64,000 nt of DNA from Raillietiella orientalis (lineage: Eukaryota), in the NCBI GenBank assembly GCA_036172245.1, contig JAYWIR010000031.1, forward strand, positions 1,984,001 through 2,048,000, given 5' to 3'. Below the pieces are notes generated by a model, which ran no database searches, was not told the origin of the DNA, and saw only the letters and a program-made list of their open reading frames with translations. Each line of letters starts with the position of its first letter. The first letter of the stretch is position 1. Shown one piece after another: positions 61,065 to 64,000 of the stretch. The position numbers and the translations under genes were made by a program.

Positions 61065-64000
61065 AAGAAATGGATAGGTCAGCATCGCATTTGCCGTTTC
61101 AACCGGAAACCCACTCTGGGAAACCAATGTGTTATCCCAGCGGAGTGGACTCGTGCTCTGGAGCGCTTGCTCGTTTTATTCTGAACATTCGAAATAGCTG
61201 TGAATCGGCAAGTGGGTAGTCTATGTGTTTCTACGGAAAACATCCTTTCACGGCTTAGCGAAGGTTTCCGGTTTTCAGGGACGCGACGTTCAAAGGATTG
61301 CAGCCTCCTTCATGTTTCCACTCAACGGTTTGGAAGTCTATCGGAATTATTTTGTTTGTTTATTTTTAATCCTCATCCTGACAGTCACTCATACAATTCT
61401 CTCGTCGAGAAATCGTCAGCAGCAATCACGTTTTACTTTCCAAATCATTTTCCAAAAGACATTGATCGCAAAAGGGGGAATCGGATTCAGGGAAAACGCG
61501 TAGGCACGTTTTGCCCCACAGAAGAACACTTGGAATGGGAAAGCACTTGGCTCGACGCACGGAGGATTGCATTCACAAGAGGTGTTCCGGAAACCCGGGT
61601 TTCCACGGCGCTTAGTCAAAGACCGCTGGACAGTGAGAGCCCCTGACAAGTAAGATGGATCTTGGAATGTTACAGACCAAGCCAAACAAAACATCTGTCT
61701 TAAAGACAAACCAATGGAGGCGATAAAGGTTCTTGAGATTCGGCAACAGACTGGAGGTGACCCGCAAACAGTGGCGTTGACATTTTAGCTACCGTTTCCC
61801 TTTATGCTTCGGAAATACGAGACCCAGTAAAAACCTGCCTTGCTGCAGGGGCAACTGATGGCAATTTTTATACCGCAGCCCCTTCTGCACCCAATTCAAG
61901 CTTATTACTTATCCAAAAGAGCCAAAACGAAAGTGAAACCTTGAAAAGTTGTAAACTACACGGAGTTCCCAAATCTTTTGAAAAGAATACACTTTAATTA
62001 TTTTAACATGTAATGCAATAAGTGCAAAAATTATGTTCCATGCTTTGCTGCTCGACTGCACGCTACGGTGCGCGCCATCCCGCGGATCGCTTTTTATGAG
62101 TGCACGCTGCTCGCCTTAATTCGAAGTAAAACGTTAAAAACATATTTTAATGACATTGTAGACTTATTGTAATGCTCATTGCATGGACTGATCAAGGAAG
62201 GGGAAAAAAAGGGGGAGAGCGAGAGAAGAAAAAAAAAAGAAAAAGAAAAATCCACTTAAAGAGCAAGGCGCTGCAAAAAAAACATCGTCACGTTTCGAAA
62301 AATGGATGTGCCGAAATAGACACGAATACTGTTCCCAATATGGGTGGTCGATGTTCTAAGAATTTGGGATTTCTATGCTCATTGCATTGACTGATCGAGG
62401 ATCTTAGTTACTCGTAATCTCCTAAGCTCTTGTGATCAACAGGATCAATGCTGTCTCCGAAAATGCTGAAACGATAAAAATTCTTTAGCTGTTGTTTTTT
62501 ATGGTCTGCTGTCAGAGAAGGATATATTCTCTTGGTTTAAAAAAAACACAAGCATCGGGAAGAGCACTTTCATTGACAATGATGCTGGAAGATCTCCTCA
62601 TTTTCCATCCATACTGACTTTGATTTAAACATAATTTTGCCGCATACTTTTAAAAAATTTCCAAATGGATTTGGTATTGTGCTTAAAATACTTATTTTAA
62701 ACATAATGACAAGTCGATTGCATGTATTAGTTGATTTGTGTTCTGCTTCTTGTTTCAAATCATGAGCACATAATTTATATCCAAAACTTAATTTGCTAAT
62801 CCTAAATGCGATTTAAGATTGCTGACCTCACCTTACTTCATTTTTTGCAGGTCATAGTTTTGGCAACCTTAATGTCACCACAAAGCAGACTGAATTTTTT
62901 TTTTAAAAAAAAAATCCATTATTTACGGATTTTGAATGTTTCTGCTGAGAAACAATGATGATAATGATATCGTGCTAATGTATACAATTATCGCTTGAAT
63001 AAAAGAAAAATAAAAACCGAATGAGCTATTGTACAATATATTTATTCCCTTGATGCAATATGACATCTCTAAATTTGCTTCTTCCTCAGAGAGGAGCTTC
63101 CTTGATAACATGAGACTATCACACTACGACGCTGCTTTGCAATTCACTCGTAGTTTTATTTAACTACTACTGATTGCTGCTCTTTCAAAGATTGAGTAGC
63201 CGGCACCCTAAAGACTGTATCGTAAAAGAATCTAGTGAAAGGATACCTGTTTGTCCACGTTTCTTATAGAGTTCACATGAATCCTTAAGAAGTTTTGGAG
63301 CATATACTTTTGTTAAAGATTCACCCTTTTATTTTATAAGTAAAATTTTGCTAATATGCGTGCCAGCAGTAGCGGTTAAACGTAAAGATTAAATTAACAT
63401 GACAGTACCCATGAAAGTCACTGTGCCAGAACAATATTGACAAAAAAGAAAAAAAAGGTAAGAAAAAAAGAAAGAACTATATTGCTTTTCTGAAGGAAAA
63501 GCAATATAGGTTTTCGTTCGTAGTTTATAACTCAGCATTTTCTGAAAGAAAAGCAATATTGTTGGTTTTGTGTCTTTTTCTACTGACTACAAACATTAAT
63601 AACATTCACCATTTCAGTCTGAACCAATGTGGCAGTTGAGGTTGAAATTGCTAAATATTTGTGCACATTGGAAAGATTTCGAATTCATGCATGTAACATA
63701 GGAGCTCCTCGCGGGATGTGTAAGTTATGAGCGATATTTTAGTACTGCTAATGGTTCGTTGAAGCATTCCGTCTTTCACGTTATTCAACCTGATTCACCA
63801 TCGTGTAAGTTTTATCTTGGTTTAATGATGATTCATGTTCTTCTGCTTTTTGACTATGCATTGTTTCCTTTTTTTTGAAAGTAATTACACTTTGATGTAT
63901 GCTTGACGAAATTTCATCCTTCCAATGAACACTTACCTAAATAATCATCTTTCGCTGAATTTAAAGATGCTAATTACACTGAAAAGAGAAAATTATAAAA

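Noticed and set aside
1..64000. CRISPR arrays, rRNA, snRNA genes, prokaryotic operons or defence systems
   Set aside because: None seen; the window is intron-containing eukaryotic DNA. The many poly-A/T/G runs are ordinary homopolymers.

Overview
Eukaryotic (invertebrate, probably nematode-like) genomic DNA. Two spliced protein-coding genes are well supported, both on the + strand. The first is an LMO4-like LIM-domain-only gene: coding exons 717-1087 and 12828-13104, one 11.7-kb intron, 215 aa. The second is an ANKMY2/daf-25-like ankyrin-MYND gene: four exons, 59309-60950, introns of 469, 49 and 47 nt, 358 aa. The ~45 kb between them has no recognisable host gene and is full of decayed mobile DNA. 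At 18-32 kb there are scattered Ty3/gypsy-like and BEL/Pao-like remnants. At ~33-55 kb is a dense GC/CpG-rich cluster with at least five ORF2 fragments of one divergent L1/Tx1-like LINE family on both strands, a Utopia/NeSL-type RLE fragment, an RTE-like remnant, ORF1-like pieces with a 14-aa peptide repeat, and an 82-bp inverted repeat. Best observations: a 194-bp LINE 3'-end insertion with a perfect 20-bp target-site duplication, a conserved AATAAA + CCCGG-N5-CCGGG 3'-terminal hairpin defining that family, and a candidate endogenous negative-strand RNA virus L-gene fragment at ~16.4-17.2 kb. All family assignments come from motif recognition by eye; no database search was run. Most ORFs in the supplied track are spurious.
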